From the NCBI GenBank assembly GCA_965217585.1, contig OZ244561.1, positions 320,001 to 384,000 of the forward strand: a stretch of DNA of 64,000 bases. Reading direction: 5' to 3'. Made by a program: the position numbers and the translations under genes. This DNA is from Candidatus Latescibacterota bacterium. GTDB taxonomy: Bacteria; Latescibacterota; UBA2968; UBA8231. Each line of letters opens with the position of its first letter. Position 1 is the stretch's first letter. Shown here one piece after another: positions 19,230-28,898 of the stretch. The notes below the pieces were generated by a model. That model saw nothing but the letters and a program-made list of their open reading frames with translations, was not told the origin of the DNA and searched no databases.

Positions 19230-19976
19230 TCAGCGGTAGTCTTCGGCTCGGTCCGCGGGCACAAAGCCCACCGTCTGGCGAGCGTGCTCTAAGTCGCGGT
19301 AGCCCCATTTGTTGTCCGAGTTGACGAAGAAGGTGTCGAAGGGCAAGTCGAGGGGGGCTGCAAGGCACTTTTCGATCATCTGCACGGCGTCGCGCTGGCT
19401 GCACCAGACGCAGTACTCGCGGGAATGGGTCGGGCGGTTCTCCGGGTTGACGCGGCCAAAGCGCAGGCAGAGGACGGACATGCCGTGGGCCGAGGCGTAT
19501 TCGCGACCCAACTCTTCGCCCCAGACCTTGCTGGCCGCGTACAGGCCCGTTGGCCGCAGGGGCGATTGCGCGGTCAGCATCGGCCACGTAGCGGGGACTT
19601 GGTCGTACTCGCCGGCCAGAAGCTCCTTGTACGGAGAAAGCGCGGTGTACCCACCCATGACCGACCCGCTGCTGGCAAAGAGGACGCGCCGCACCCCAGC
19701 CTCGTGGGCCGCGGCGAAAACATTCCCAGTTCCCTGCAAGTTGGCGCGGAAGATCGCCGGCAGGTCGTTGGCGATGTGGGCGGCGAGATGGACGACCGCA
19801 TCCATCCCGGCAAAGGCCGACCGGATGGCGTCGAGATCGGCGATGTCGGCCTGGTGGCAGTCGATGTTCGGGAGCGGGCGGCGGTTGAGGGCGCGCAGGT
19901 TATAGCGGGTGCGCAGGCTGGCGACAGCGCCCGTGCCGATCAGACCCGTGGCACCCGTGATGAGGACGTTTTGCAT
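19230..19976 (-). CDS. NAD-dependent epimerase/dehydratase (uronate dehydrogenase-like)
   Basis: ITGATGLIG, YAASK catalytic motif, FASS. Confidence 0.88.
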   Translation of the reverse strand: MQNVLITGATGLIGTGAVASLRTRYNLRALNRRPLPNIDCHQADIADLDAIRSAFAGMDAVVHLAAHIANDLPAIFRANLQGTGNVFAAAHEAGVRRVLFASSGSVMGGYTALSPYKELLAGEYDQVPATWPMLTAQSPLRPTGLYAASKVWGEELGREYASAHGMSVLCLRFGRVNPENRPTHSREYCVWCSQRDAVQMIEKCLAAPLDLPFDTFFVNSDNKWGYRDLEHARQTVGFVPADRAEDYR

Positions 19977-20125
19977 GGCATATCCGAACGGTTATGAGGT
20001 TCCATTAAGTACGGAATTGTGGACGCGGTGTCCAGCAGAGCAGATTGTCGGTAAAGAGCGGTTTGGCTAATATAGACGGCGCGAAATGCACTGGAGCAAT
20101 TTGCGGATTCTATGCGGCTATATCC

Positions 20126-21388
20126 TTGAAAAAAATACTAGTTCCATTGTTCATAAGCCTAGCCGCCTGCGGGGGAAACGACCGCCCGCGCCCCGGTGAG
20201 CCGACCACGGTGGTGCTGTGGGAATTCGGGGGCGTGCCGGGCCTGCGCGCATGGGTACAGCAGGCCGTGGCCGACTTCAACGCCTCCCGCAGCGACATCC
20301 AAATCGAGCTGGAATTCCGCGACTGGGCGACGCAACGCGAGAGCCTGATCAGCACCACCATCGTCGGCGATGGGCCGGATATTGTGCGGGTGCATCACAA
20401 GTACTCGGTGGAGTTCGGCGAGTTGGGGGGATTGTACGCGCTGGAGAATTTCCCCGATTTCCCCCAAGTCAAGGAGCGCATCCTCGACAATGTTTGGGAA
20501 CTGGTCGAATACGACGGCCAGCACTATGGCTTGCCGGTGACCATGCTGCCCTTCGTGCTGGCGGTCAACACCGACATTATGGCGCGGATGGAACTCGAAG
20601 TTCCCAAGACCTGGGATGAGATGCTGGCGCTCGGCCCACAATTCGCGGGCACGGGGATCGAGCCTTTTACCATGCCTGGAGGCGTCAATCTGGACACGGC
20701 CTACCGCTTCTTGCCGCTGCTGTACAAAGCGGGCGGGCGCGTCTTTAACGATGATTGGTCTGCCGCTGCTTTTAACGGCCCAGCCGGGCAAGCGGCGCTG
20801 GAGTTTTTAGTAGAAATGAAAAACAAGGGTTATTTGCCGCCCGGCAGCGCGGCCTATCGCTTCGACGAGAACGCCGCGCACTGGTCAACCGGCAAGGCGG
20901 CGCTGTCGATTGAGGGGCCGTGGTGGCAGGATATCGTCCACGGCAACTACGACTTCGATCTGAACAATCTGGCGCTGGCGCAGATTCCCACGCCCACCAA
21001 GCACATCGGGCCGCACGAATCGCGGACCTTGCTCGACGTGATTATGATTGCCATAACGGGTTATACCAAGGTCCCCAAGGAAGCATGGGAAGTGGTCAAG
21101 GCGCTGGATTTGGACCATCCGGTCTGGCGCAACCCCAACCCGACCATGGGTGGCATTCCCACGCTGAAGGCGGCCTATGCCGAAGGCGTGCAATCCGATT
21201 ACATCGACCTGGACCAGCTCGCCATAGCCGGGGCCAATGGGCTGGGCTGGCCGGGGCATCCGGCGGTCACCCAAATCCAGCGGCACATTGCCGACGCGGT
21301 CAATATGGCACTGACCGGCTCGCTAAGCCCCAAGGAGGCGCTGGACTTTGCCGCCGAAGAAGTAAACGAGGTGTTGAGTGATTACTAA
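20126..21388 (+). CDS. Carbohydrate ABC transporter substrate-binding lipoprotein
   Basis: Lipobox LAAC, GPDI, YDGQHYGLP, GKAALSIEGPW; probable TTG start at 20126. Confidence 0.9.
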   Translation: MKKILVPLFISLAACGGNDRPRPGEPTTVVLWEFGGVPGLRAWVQQAVADFNASRSDIQIELEFRDWATQRESLISTTIVGDGPDIVRVHHKYSVEFGELGGLYALENFPDFPQVKERILDNVWELVEYDGQHYGLPVTMLPFVLAVNTDIMARMELEVPKTWDEMLALGPQFAGTGIEPFTMPGGVNLDTAYRFLPLLYKAGGRVFNDDWSAAAFNGPAGQAALEFLVEMKNKGYLPPGSAAYRFDENAAHWSTGKAALSIEGPWWQDIVHGNYDFDLNNLALAQIPTPTKHIGPHESRTLLDVIMIAITGYTKVPKEAWEVVKALDLDHPVWRNPNPTMGGIPTLKAAYAEGVQSDYIDLDQLAIAGANGLGWPGHPAVTQIQRHIADAVNMALTGSLSPKEALDFAAEEVNEVLSDY

Positions 21389-22283
21389 AGGTGCGCTGCG
21401 CAAAAATCTGACGCCGTACTATTTCTTGCTGCCGGCGATTCTGGTCTTGGCGGTGGTCATCCTCTATCCGGTGTTCAGCAATCTCGTGATGAGCGTCTAC
21501 AAGGTGAAGCTCTTCCGCGGAGCCGGCGACGAGTTCATCGGCCTTACCCACTACGCCAAGCTCTTCGGCAGCCGCACCTTTGTCAACAGCATCTGGAGTT
21601 CGGTGCGCTTTACGCTCTATTCCCTGCCGGTGGCCTTCGTCTTGGGCTTGGGGATGGCGTTGATCTTCAACGAGATCCGCAAGTATCGGCCGGTCTTTAC
21701 CGGCTTTCTGCTCATCCCTTGGGCCATCGCCCCAGTAGTGACCGGCTACATGTGGCGCTGGCTGTTCCACGACAGCTTCGGCCTCGTCAATCATACGCTC
21801 CTGAGCCTCGGCTTCATCGACGCCAATGTCCCTTGGCTAGCGCAGCCGGACACGGCTATCGGCGCAGTGGTGGTGGCCAATGTCTGGCGCTTCATGCCCT
21901 ACATCACCATCATGCTGCTGGCCGGTTTGCAGGGTGTATCCTCCGAGCTGTACGAGGCCGCGCACGTCGATGGAGCCAATGTGTTCGAGCGCTTCTTCCA
22001 CGTGACCCTGCCGCAGCTCAAACACGTAATCGGAGTGGTCTTCCTCTTCGCCACCATCTGGATGGTCAATGACTTCGCGCTAATTTTTATTATGACCGAG
22101 GGCGGCCCGGCCAAGGCCACGCAAGTGGTGCCGATTACGGTCTATCGCATCGCCTTCGAGCACCTGCGGCTCGGCAAGGGCGCGGCCGCGGCACTCATTC
22201 TGCTGCTCTTTTTGCTGTCGTTGAGCATCGTCTTCATCCGCATGCTCTTCCGCGAGGAGAGGAGGAGCGGGGATGCGAATTAA
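21378..22283 (+). CDS. Carbohydrate ABC transporter permease 1 (MalF/UgpA-like)
   Basis: EAA loop ELYEAAHVDGA..FFHVTLPQL; six TM segments. Confidence 0.93.
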   Translation: MITKGALRKNLTPYYFLLPAILVLAVVILYPVFSNLVMSVYKVKLFRGAGDEFIGLTHYAKLFGSRTFVNSIWSSVRFTLYSLPVAFVLGLGMALIFNEIRKYRPVFTGFLLIPWAIAPVVTGYMWRWLFHDSFGLVNHTLLSLGFIDANVPWLAQPDTAIGAVVVANVWRFMPYITIMLLAGLQGVSSELYEAAHVDGANVFERFFHVTLPQLKHVIGVVFLFATIWMVNDFALIFIMTEGGPAKATQVVPITVYRIAFEHLRLGKGAAAALILLLFLLSLSIVFIRMLFREERRSGDAN

Positions 22284-22320
22284 GGCCCAAGAAAATGACA
22301 GAAGGAGGATGCGCCGATGA
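22273..22320 (+). pseudogene. 5' stub of permease 2 forming a 15-aa mini-ORF
   Basis: GGAGGAG then MRIKAQEN|DRRRMRR*; attaaggcccaagaaaat (22279..22296) matches attaaaacccaagaaaat (24504..24521, IKTQEN) at 16/18; its TGA overlaps the WD40 ATG. Confidence 0.7.
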
Positions 22321-24476
22321 ACAAGACCCGGTTGTCCCACGTCATCTTCTTAGTCGTCTGTGCCTTATGGGTGCAGAGCAGTCTCGCCCAAGACTACACC
22401 CCTTGGAGTTTGCCCGCAGAGGCCCCCGCCCGCTCGGGCAAAGCGAGCACCGGTGCGGGCGACCAAACGGCGGCTAGCCGCGTTGGCGTCTGGCTCGACG
22501 ATACGAACACCAGTGCTGAAATCGCTCTATTCACAGGCCATACGGATTTTGTGACTTCCGTGGCGTTTTCGCCGGATGGAACCACCCTCGCCAGTGCTAG
22601 TTCGGACGGCACAGTACGGCTGTGGAACGTAGCATCAGGACAACTGGTAAAAACCTTAGCGCATACGGATCATGTGATTTCCGTGGCGTTTTCGCCAGAT
22701 GGAACCACCCTCGCCAGTGCTAGTGCCAGTGGGAACGGCACGGTGCGGCTGTGGAACGTCGAATCTGGACAACTGGTAACCTCCTTAGAGCATACAGATT
22801 ATGTCTCTTCCGTAGTGTTCTCGCCGGATGGAACCACCCTCGCCAGTGCCAGTGCCAGTGCCAGTGGGAACGGCACGGTGCGGCTGTGGAACGTCGAATC
22901 TGGACAACTGGTAAACACACTCACAGGACATACGGGTCATGTCTTGTCCGTGGCGTTTTCACCGGATGGAAACACTCTCGCCAGTGCCGGTTGGGAAATG
23001 GTGCGGCTGTGGAACGTAGCATCAGGACAACTGGTAAAAACCTTAGCGCATACGGATCATGTGATTTCCGTGGCGTTTTCGCCGGATGGAAACACTCTCG
23101 CCAGTGCCGGTGAGGACCGCACAGTACGGCTGTGGAACGTCGAATCTGGACAACGGATAAACACCTTAGAGCATACGAATGATGTCTTGTCCGTGGCGTT
23201 TTCGCCGGATGGAAATACCCTCGCCAGTGCCAGTTGGGAAACGGTGCGGCTGTGGAACGTCGAATCTGGACAACGGATAAACACCTTAAAGAATACTTGG
23301 TATTGGGTCAATTCCGTGGCGTTCTCACCGGACGGGACCCTCGCCAGTGGTAATGGGGACGGCACGGTGCGGCTGTGGAAGGTGGAATCAGGACAATGGT
23401 TAACCTCCTTAGAGCATACGGATTATGTTTCTTCCGTGGCATTCTCACCGGATGGAACCACCCTCGCTAGTGCCAGTTGGGACGGCACAGTACGGCTGTG
23501 GGATGTGGTATCAGGACAACAGGTAACCTCCTTAGAGCATACGGATTATGTCTTGTCCGTGGCGTTTTCGCCCGATGGAAACACCCTCGCCAGTGCCAGA
23601 GGGAAAACGGTGTGGCTGTGGGATGTGGTATCAGGACAACGGATAAAGTCCCTCACAGGCCATACGGATTATGTATATTCCGTGGCGTTTTCGCCCGATG
23701 GAAACACTCTCGCCAGTGCCGGTCATGACGACACAGCGCGGCTGTGGAACGTGGCATCAGGACAACTGGTATACACCTTAGAGCATACGGATTATGTCTC
23801 TTCTGTGGCGTTCGCGCCGGATGGAAACACCTTCGCCAGTGGCAGTGCCGGTGCCAGTGAGGACCGCACGGTGCGGCTGTGGAACGTGGCATCAGGACAA
23901 CTGGTAAACTCCCTCACAGGCCATCATGTCTTGTCTATGGCGTTCTCACCGGATGGAACCACCCTCGTCAGTGGCAGTTACGATGGCACGGTGCGGCTGT
24001 GGGATGTGGCATCAGGACAACTAGTAAACACAATCACAGGCCATACGGATCATGTCTTTTCCGTGGTGTTCTCACCGGATGGAATCACCCTCGCCAGTGC
24101 CAGTCGGGACGGCACAGTGCTACTATGGGATATGTCGCCTTACATCACTCCCTCTGAACCGACGGCGATTCAATCTTCAGCACCGCACTTGTCACCAGCC
24201 GTCAGCGGCCTAGAGCCCAATTATCCCAATCCGTTCAACGCCAGCACCTATCTTATCTATCGTATAGCCACCCCCGGCGCGGTGCGGCTGAAGATTTACA
24301 ACACCTTGGGGCAGCCGGTGCGCACCCTCGTGGATCAATACCAGCCCACTGGCTTCTACCAAGTCGCCTGGGATGGCCGCAACCAGCGCGGGGCAGCGGT
24401 GGCCGCGGGCGTCTATCTGACGCGGCTTTTCTATCCCGGCGGCGAGCAGACCCGCCGGATGCTCTTGCTCAAGTAA
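22317..24476 (+). CDS. Secreted WD40-repeat protein with FlgD-Ig/T9SS type A-like C-terminal domain
   Basis: Signal peptide; 13 repeats of HTDxVxSVAFSPDGxTLASxxxDGTVRLWNV; tail NYPNPFN...IYNTLGQPVRTL...WDGRN..G..VAAGVY. Confidence 0.92.
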   Translation: MNKTRLSHVIFLVVCALWVQSSLAQDYTPWSLPAEAPARSGKASTGAGDQTAASRVGVWLDDTNTSAEIALFTGHTDFVTSVAFSPDGTTLASASSDGTVRLWNVASGQLVKTLAHTDHVISVAFSPDGTTLASASASGNGTVRLWNVESGQLVTSLEHTDYVSSVVFSPDGTTLASASASASGNGTVRLWNVESGQLVNTLTGHTGHVLSVAFSPDGNTLASAGWEMVRLWNVASGQLVKTLAHTDHVISVAFSPDGNTLASAGEDRTVRLWNVESGQRINTLEHTNDVLSVAFSPDGNTLASASWETVRLWNVESGQRINTLKNTWYWVNSVAFSPDGTLASGNGDGTVRLWKVESGQWLTSLEHTDYVSSVAFSPDGTTLASASWDGTVRLWDVVSGQQVTSLEHTDYVLSVAFSPDGNTLASARGKTVWLWDVVSGQRIKSLTGHTDYVYSVAFSPDGNTLASAGHDDTARLWNVASGQLVYTLEHTDYVSSVAFAPDGNTFASGSAGASEDRTVRLWNVASGQLVNSLTGHHVLSMAFSPDGTTLVSGSYDGTVRLWDVASGQLVNTITGHTDHVFSVVFSPDGITLASASRDGTVLLWDMSPYITPSEPTAIQSSAPHLSPAVSGLEPNYPNPFNASTYLIYRIATPGAVRLKIYNTLGQPVRTLVDQYQPTGFYQVAWDGRNQRGAAVAAGVYLTRLFYPGGEQTRRMLLLK
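22535..24132 (+). repeat. Tandem ~120-135 bp WD40-coding repeats with high nucleotide identity
   Basis: Recurrent tccgtggcgttttcgccggatggaa and cggctgtggaacgt blocks; (gccagt)n expansions in units 2 and 3. Confidence 0.9.
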
Positions 24477-24488
24477 TAGGCCCTACGA

Positions 24489-25337
24489 ATGATGTCTATT
24501 CCGATTAAAACCCAAGAAAATATCCGCGCCTATCTCGCCTACGGCTTGGGCACGGTCTTTGTCCTCGCGCTGGTGCTGCCGCTGATATGGGTAGTCACGA
24601 CTTCGGTGCGTCCCCTGTCCGAGATGACGCAGACGCCGCCTTTGGTCTTTCCGCGCTCGGTCACTTTCAGCGCCTATGTCGATATGTGGGACACCGGGCC
24701 GTTTGTGAAGTACTTTGCCAACAGCATGGTGATTTCCCTTTCGACGGCCCTGATTGCCCTCGCGTTTAGCATCTGCGCGGCGTATGCCTTTGCCCGCTTC
24801 CGCTTTCGCGGCAACACCTTGTTGCTGATGGTAGTGGTGATGTCGCAAATGCTGCCCGGCTCTTCGATCCTCATCCCGCTCTTTCAGGTGATTCGCTCGT
24901 TCGGCTTGCTCGACACGCACGTGGGCATGGTGCTGATCTACACGGGCTTTGCCATCCCCTTTTGCACTTGGCTGCTCAACGGCTATTTCCGCGCCATTCC
25001 TACAGATCTAGAGCAGGCCGCGCTCATCGACGGCTGCAACCGCCTCCAGCTACTCTACCGGATCGTCTTGCCGCTGGCCGCACCGGCAATCGTAGCAGTG
25101 GGGACCTTTGCGTTTTTGCTTTCGTGGAATGAATTCTTGTTCGCTTTTGTGTTTACCAAATCGCAGGCCCTAACCATTCCGGTGGGGCTGCGCGCCGCGT
25201 TTTTGGGCCAATACGTCAACAAATACGACCAGCTATTCGCCGCGTCGCTAATTTTTAGCCTGCCGCCAATCGCGCTCTTTGTGGGGTTGCAGCGGTATTT
25301 TGTCCAGGGACTGACGGCTGGTGCCGTAAAGGGATAA
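24489..25337 (+). CDS. Carbohydrate ABC transporter permease 2 (MalG/UgpE-like)
   Basis: DLEQAALIDGC, SWNEFLFA, QRYFVQGLTAGAVKG. Confidence 0.93.
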   Translation: MMSIPIKTQENIRAYLAYGLGTVFVLALVLPLIWVVTTSVRPLSEMTQTPPLVFPRSVTFSAYVDMWDTGPFVKYFANSMVISLSTALIALAFSICAAYAFARFRFRGNTLLLMVVVMSQMLPGSSILIPLFQVIRSFGLLDTHVGMVLIYTGFAIPFCTWLLNGYFRAIPTDLEQAALIDGCNRLQLLYRIVLPLAAPAIVAVGTFAFLLSWNEFLFAFVFTKSQALTIPVGLRAAFLGQYVNKYDQLFAASLIFSLPPIALFVGLQRYFVQGLTAGAVKG

Positions 25338-25349
25338 GGAGTCCTCGCG

Positions 25350-26924
25350 ATGCGCTTTTTCAACACGAGCGGTCCGGTGGTGGCCGACGATCACTACTGC
25401 ATCCCGCCCTTGGAGCGGCTAAGCCTGTCCGAGGTTCGCCGGCTCCTCCGCGACAAACGCTACTTCGTCCTGCACGCGCCGCGGCAGACGGGCAAGACGT
25501 CCGCCCTGCTGGCGCTGCGCGACCTGCTCAACGCCGAAGGGGCCTATCGCTGCGTGTACGTCAACGTGGAAGGCGCACAAGCCATGCGCGAAGATGTGGA
25601 ACGGGCGACGCAGGTCATCTTGGGCGAACTGGCCTCTTGGGCGCGCATAACACTGGACGACGAGTTTCTGGATGCGATTTGGCTCGACATCTTGGCGAAA
25701 TACGGTCCGGGGGCACTGGGCGAGGTATTGACGCGCTGGTCAGAAGCAGACCCTACCCCCTTGGTACTGCTCATCGACGAGATTGATTCCTTGATCGGCG
25801 ACACGCTGCTGTCGGTGCTGCGGCAGTTGCGGGCTGGCTACGTGCGCCGTCCCGGAGGATTTCCACAGAGCGTGGTGCTGTGCGGAGTGCGCGATGTGCG
25901 CGATTACCGCATTCAATCTACCGCAGAGAATGCGCTTATCGCCGGGGGCAGCGCGTTCAACATCAAGGCGCGATCACTGCGTCTGGGCGATTTTTCGCGG
26001 ACGGAGGTGCTGGCGCTACTGGGTCAGCACACCGAGGAGACGGGACAGGTATTCACCGCTGATGCGCTGGACACGGTTTGGACGCAGACCCAAGGGCAGC
26101 CGTGGCTGGTCAACGCGCTGGCCGACGAAGCCTGCTTCTATGGCGAATTTGCGGAGGCGTGGCATCGTCCGGTTACCGCCGAAGCCATCCGCGCCGCGCA
26201 AGAGCAACTCATCCTACGGCGCGAGACGCATCTGGATCAGTTAGCCGACAAGCTCAAGGAGGAGCGGGTGCGCCGGGTGGTGGAGCCGCTGTTGAGCGGC
26301 GGCGAAGCTCGCTCTATGCCCTCCGACGACTTGACCTATGTCCGCGATCTGGGGCTGATCAGTGCAGATGATCCGGCTCGTATTGCCAACCCCATTTACC
26401 GCGAGGTTATTCCGCGGGAACTCACCTATACCACCCAAGCGATGTTGGCGCAAGAAACGGCGTGGTATGTGGGGGACGATGGAGACCTACACGTCGGCAA
26501 ACTGCTAACCGCGTTCCAAGCCTTTTTCCGCGAGCACTCCGAGCATTGGGTCGAGCGGTTCGAGTACAAGGAAGCGGGTCCACAGTTGCTATTGCAGGCG
26601 TTTTTGCAGCGGATCGTCAACAGCGGCGGACGCATCGAGCGCGAATACGGCCTCGGTCGGATGCGGACGGACTTGCTGATCGTCTGGCCGCAAGACGGGC
26701 AGACGCGCCGGTTCGTCGTCGAGTGCAAGGTGTTGCACAAGAGCTTGGAGCAGACCATCGCCGAGGGCTTGACGCAGACGGCGGAATACATGGACCGCTG
26801 CGCGGCAGAGTCGGGTCATCTGGTAATTTTCGACCGGCGTGTGGGTCGGCGGTGGACCGACAAAGTGTTCCACTGCCGCCGGACAGCGGACAGCGGTGTC
26901 GAGATCGATATTTGGGGGATATGA
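25350..26924 (+). CDS. AAA-like P-loop ATPase with C-terminal PD-(D/E)XK-like domain
   Basis: RFFNTSGP, APRQTGKTS, LLIDEID, GRMRTDLLI...VVECK. Confidence 0.8.
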   Translation: MRFFNTSGPVVADDHYCIPPLERLSLSEVRRLLRDKRYFVLHAPRQTGKTSALLALRDLLNAEGAYRCVYVNVEGAQAMREDVERATQVILGELASWARITLDDEFLDAIWLDILAKYGPGALGEVLTRWSEADPTPLVLLIDEIDSLIGDTLLSVLRQLRAGYVRRPGGFPQSVVLCGVRDVRDYRIQSTAENALIAGGSAFNIKARSLRLGDFSRTEVLALLGQHTEETGQVFTADALDTVWTQTQGQPWLVNALADEACFYGEFAEAWHRPVTAEAIRAAQEQLILRRETHLDQLADKLKEERVRRVVEPLLSGGEARSMPSDDLTYVRDLGLISADDPARIANPIYREVIPRELTYTTQAMLAQETAWYVGDDGDLHVGKLLTAFQAFFREHSEHWVERFEYKEAGPQLLLQAFLQRIVNSGGRIEREYGLGRMRTDLLIVWPQDGQTRRFVVECKVLHKSLEQTIAEGLTQTAEYMDRCAAESGHLVIFDRRVGRRWTDKVFHCRRTADSGVEIDIWGI

Positions 26925-26946
26925 CCGTAGAGAAGGAATACGACCT

Positions 26947-27930
26947 ATGAAAAAAACATGGCTATTGAGTCTGCTATTGGTCGCCGCCTGCGGGCAGCCG
27001 GACGACGCGCCCGATACACTCAAGATCGGCTACGTGATCAACTTCATGTCGCACGAGTGGTATCAAAACATCAGCAAGTCGGCGACAGCGCGAGCGGCCG
27101 AGTTAGGTGTCGAGCTGATCGTCGCCGATGCCAACCTCGACGTGGCAGCGCAAATCTCCAAGGCCGAAAACCTGCTCGCCCAAGGGGTCGAGGTGCTGAT
27201 CTTGTCGCCGGTGGATGCCAAGGCTATGGGGCCGATAGTGCGGCAGGCCAAGGCCGCGGGTGCCAAGGTGATTACCGAATCCAACCCCGTGCCAGAGGCC
27301 GACAGCTACGTGGGGATCGACAACTACGCCGGCGGGGTCAAGGCCGGCGAGTGGTTTGCCGAGTACGCCCAAGCCAAGGGGATCGACCCCAAGATCCTCA
27401 CCGTCGGCTTCCCCAACTTCGAGGATTGCCGGCAGCGGGTCGATGGCTTCAAAGACGCGCTCGCCGCCTCGGGTCTGACCTATACAATCGTCCAAGAAGT
27501 CGATGGGCAGGGCCTCAAGGAAAAGGCGTTCAAGGTGGCGCAGGACGCGCTGACAGCTAACCCGCAGATCAACGTGATCTACGGCATCAACGACGATTCG
27601 ACGACCGGCGGCATGGCGGCCTATAAGGCCGCGGGCCTCGACGAAGCAGCGCTGACCGCGATTGGCTTTGGCTTTGAGGGCACCGTGGGACAGACGGCTC
27701 TGACCGGCGATACGCCCTACGCAGCGGCCCTGGCGATGTTTCCCAACTTCGTCGGCGCATCGCTGATTGACGCAGCCGTACAGTTGAGCGAGGGCAAGTC
27801 GTTGCCCGACCACTACGAGACGCCAACCATTGTCGTCACCCGCGACAATCTCAGCCGCTTCTACGACATGAGCACCGAGCCGCCCTTCGCCCTCAAGGTA
27901 GATGCGGTGCGGGCCTTGATGCCGCAATGA
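26947..27930 (+). CDS. Monosaccharide ABC transporter substrate-binding lipoprotein (RbsB-like)
   Basis: Lipobox VAAC, periplasmic-binding class I motifs (YVGIDNYAGG, IYGINDD); ATG 26947 after AAGGAA. Confidence 0.9.
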   Translation: MKKTWLLSLLLVAACGQPDDAPDTLKIGYVINFMSHEWYQNISKSATARAAELGVELIVADANLDVAAQISKAENLLAQGVEVLILSPVDAKAMGPIVRQAKAAGAKVITESNPVPEADSYVGIDNYAGGVKAGEWFAEYAQAKGIDPKILTVGFPNFEDCRQRVDGFKDALAASGLTYTIVQEVDGQGLKEKAFKVAQDALTANPQINVIYGINDDSTTGGMAAYKAAGLDEAALTAIGFGFEGTVGQTALTGDTPYAAALAMFPNFVGASLIDAAVQLSEGKSLPDHYETPTIVVTRDNLSRFYDMSTEPPFALKVDAVRALMPQ

Positions 27931-28898
27931 GCCGCTTTCTTTCGCGAGTACTCCACAGCGAGCAGGCCGGACTGTTGCTAGCACTGGTCCTGCTCTGCGT
28001 GGGGATTTCGCTGCTGACGCCGGTCTTTTTTACCGCCATCAATATCAAAAACGTGCTGCGCGACGCCTCGCTGGTGGCCATCGCCGGGATCGGCATGGTG
28101 ATGATCATCCTGCTCGGCGAGATCGACCTGAGCGTCGGCTCGACCCAAGCCGTGGCCGGGATCATCGCCGTAGCCGTACTCAACCAGTTTGAGAGCGTGA
28201 CGCTGGCGCTGGGGGCCGCACTAGTTGCCGGGGCGCTCGTCGGCCTGTGCAACGGACTGTTGGTCACCAAGGCCGGCATCAACTCCCTGATCGCCACCTT
28301 GGGCATGATGGCGATTTTGCGCGGCGCGGCCATGGTCAGTACCCAAGCGGTATCGATCCAGGGCAAAGTAGAAGGCTTCGTCGAAGTGGGGACCGGATAC
28401 TTGGGGCCGATCCCGATCCCGGTGCTGGTGACCTTTGTCCTCTTCGGGCTGTTTTACTACGTCCTCCACCACACCATCCTCGGCCGCTACATCTACGCCA
28501 TCGGCGGCAATATCCAAGCGGCGCGGCTGGCGGGCTTGGCCGTCGATCGCACGCGCGTCTTGGTCTTTGTGCTCGGCGGCGTGCTGGCGGCCCTGAGCGC
28601 CTTTATCTTGGCCTCGCGCCTCAACTCCGGGCAGCCGAATGCCGGCCTCGGTTTTGAATTGCAGGTGATCGCGGCGGTGATCTTGGGCGGCATCAGCCTG
28701 ACGGGCGGCGTGGGTACGCTCGGCGGTGCTTTTATCGGCATCCTGATTCTGACGGTGCTCTCCAACGGCTTGGTGCTTCTGAACGTGTCGTCCTTCTACC
28801 ACGATATTGCGCGCGGCGCGGTGATTATTCTCGCCGTGTATCTGGACACCCGGCGCAAGCAGAGCCTCCTGCGACGGCTACTCGCCCCCTCAACATGA
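27927..28898 (+). CDS. Monosaccharide ABC transporter permease (RbsC-like)
   Basis: GEIDLSVGS, GRYIYAIGGN, ELQVIAAVILGG. Confidence 0.93.
   Translation: MSRFLSRVLHSEQAGLLLALVLLCVGISLLTPVFFTAINIKNVLRDASLVAIAGIGMVMIILLGEIDLSVGSTQAVAGIIAVAVLNQFESVTLALGAALVAGALVGLCNGLLVTKAGINSLIATLGMMAILRGAAMVSTQAVSIQGKVEGFVEVGTGYLGPIPIPVLVTFVLFGLFYYVLHHTILGRYIYAIGGNIQAARLAGLAVDRTRVLVFVLGGVLAALSAFILASRLNSGQPNAGLGFELQVIAAVILGGISLTGGVGTLGGAFIGILILTVLSNGLVLLNVSSFYHDIARGAVIILAVYLDTRRKQSLLRRLLAPST

Noticed and set aside
19219-19587. N-terminal 122 aa of the 394-aa ORF 18403..19587
   Set aside because: Overlaps the epimerase in another frame; a signal peptide and RBS define the start at 19218
22535-24132. Diversity-generating retroelement acting on the WD40 repeats
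   Set aside because: No reverse transcriptase or template repeat seen, and differences include indels and non-adenine changes
26920-26946. Possible duplicate of the permease-2 3' end (ccgtagagaagga vs ccgtaaagggataagga) after the AAA gene
   Set aside because: Too short and gapped, and largely explained by the Shine-Dalgarno sequence
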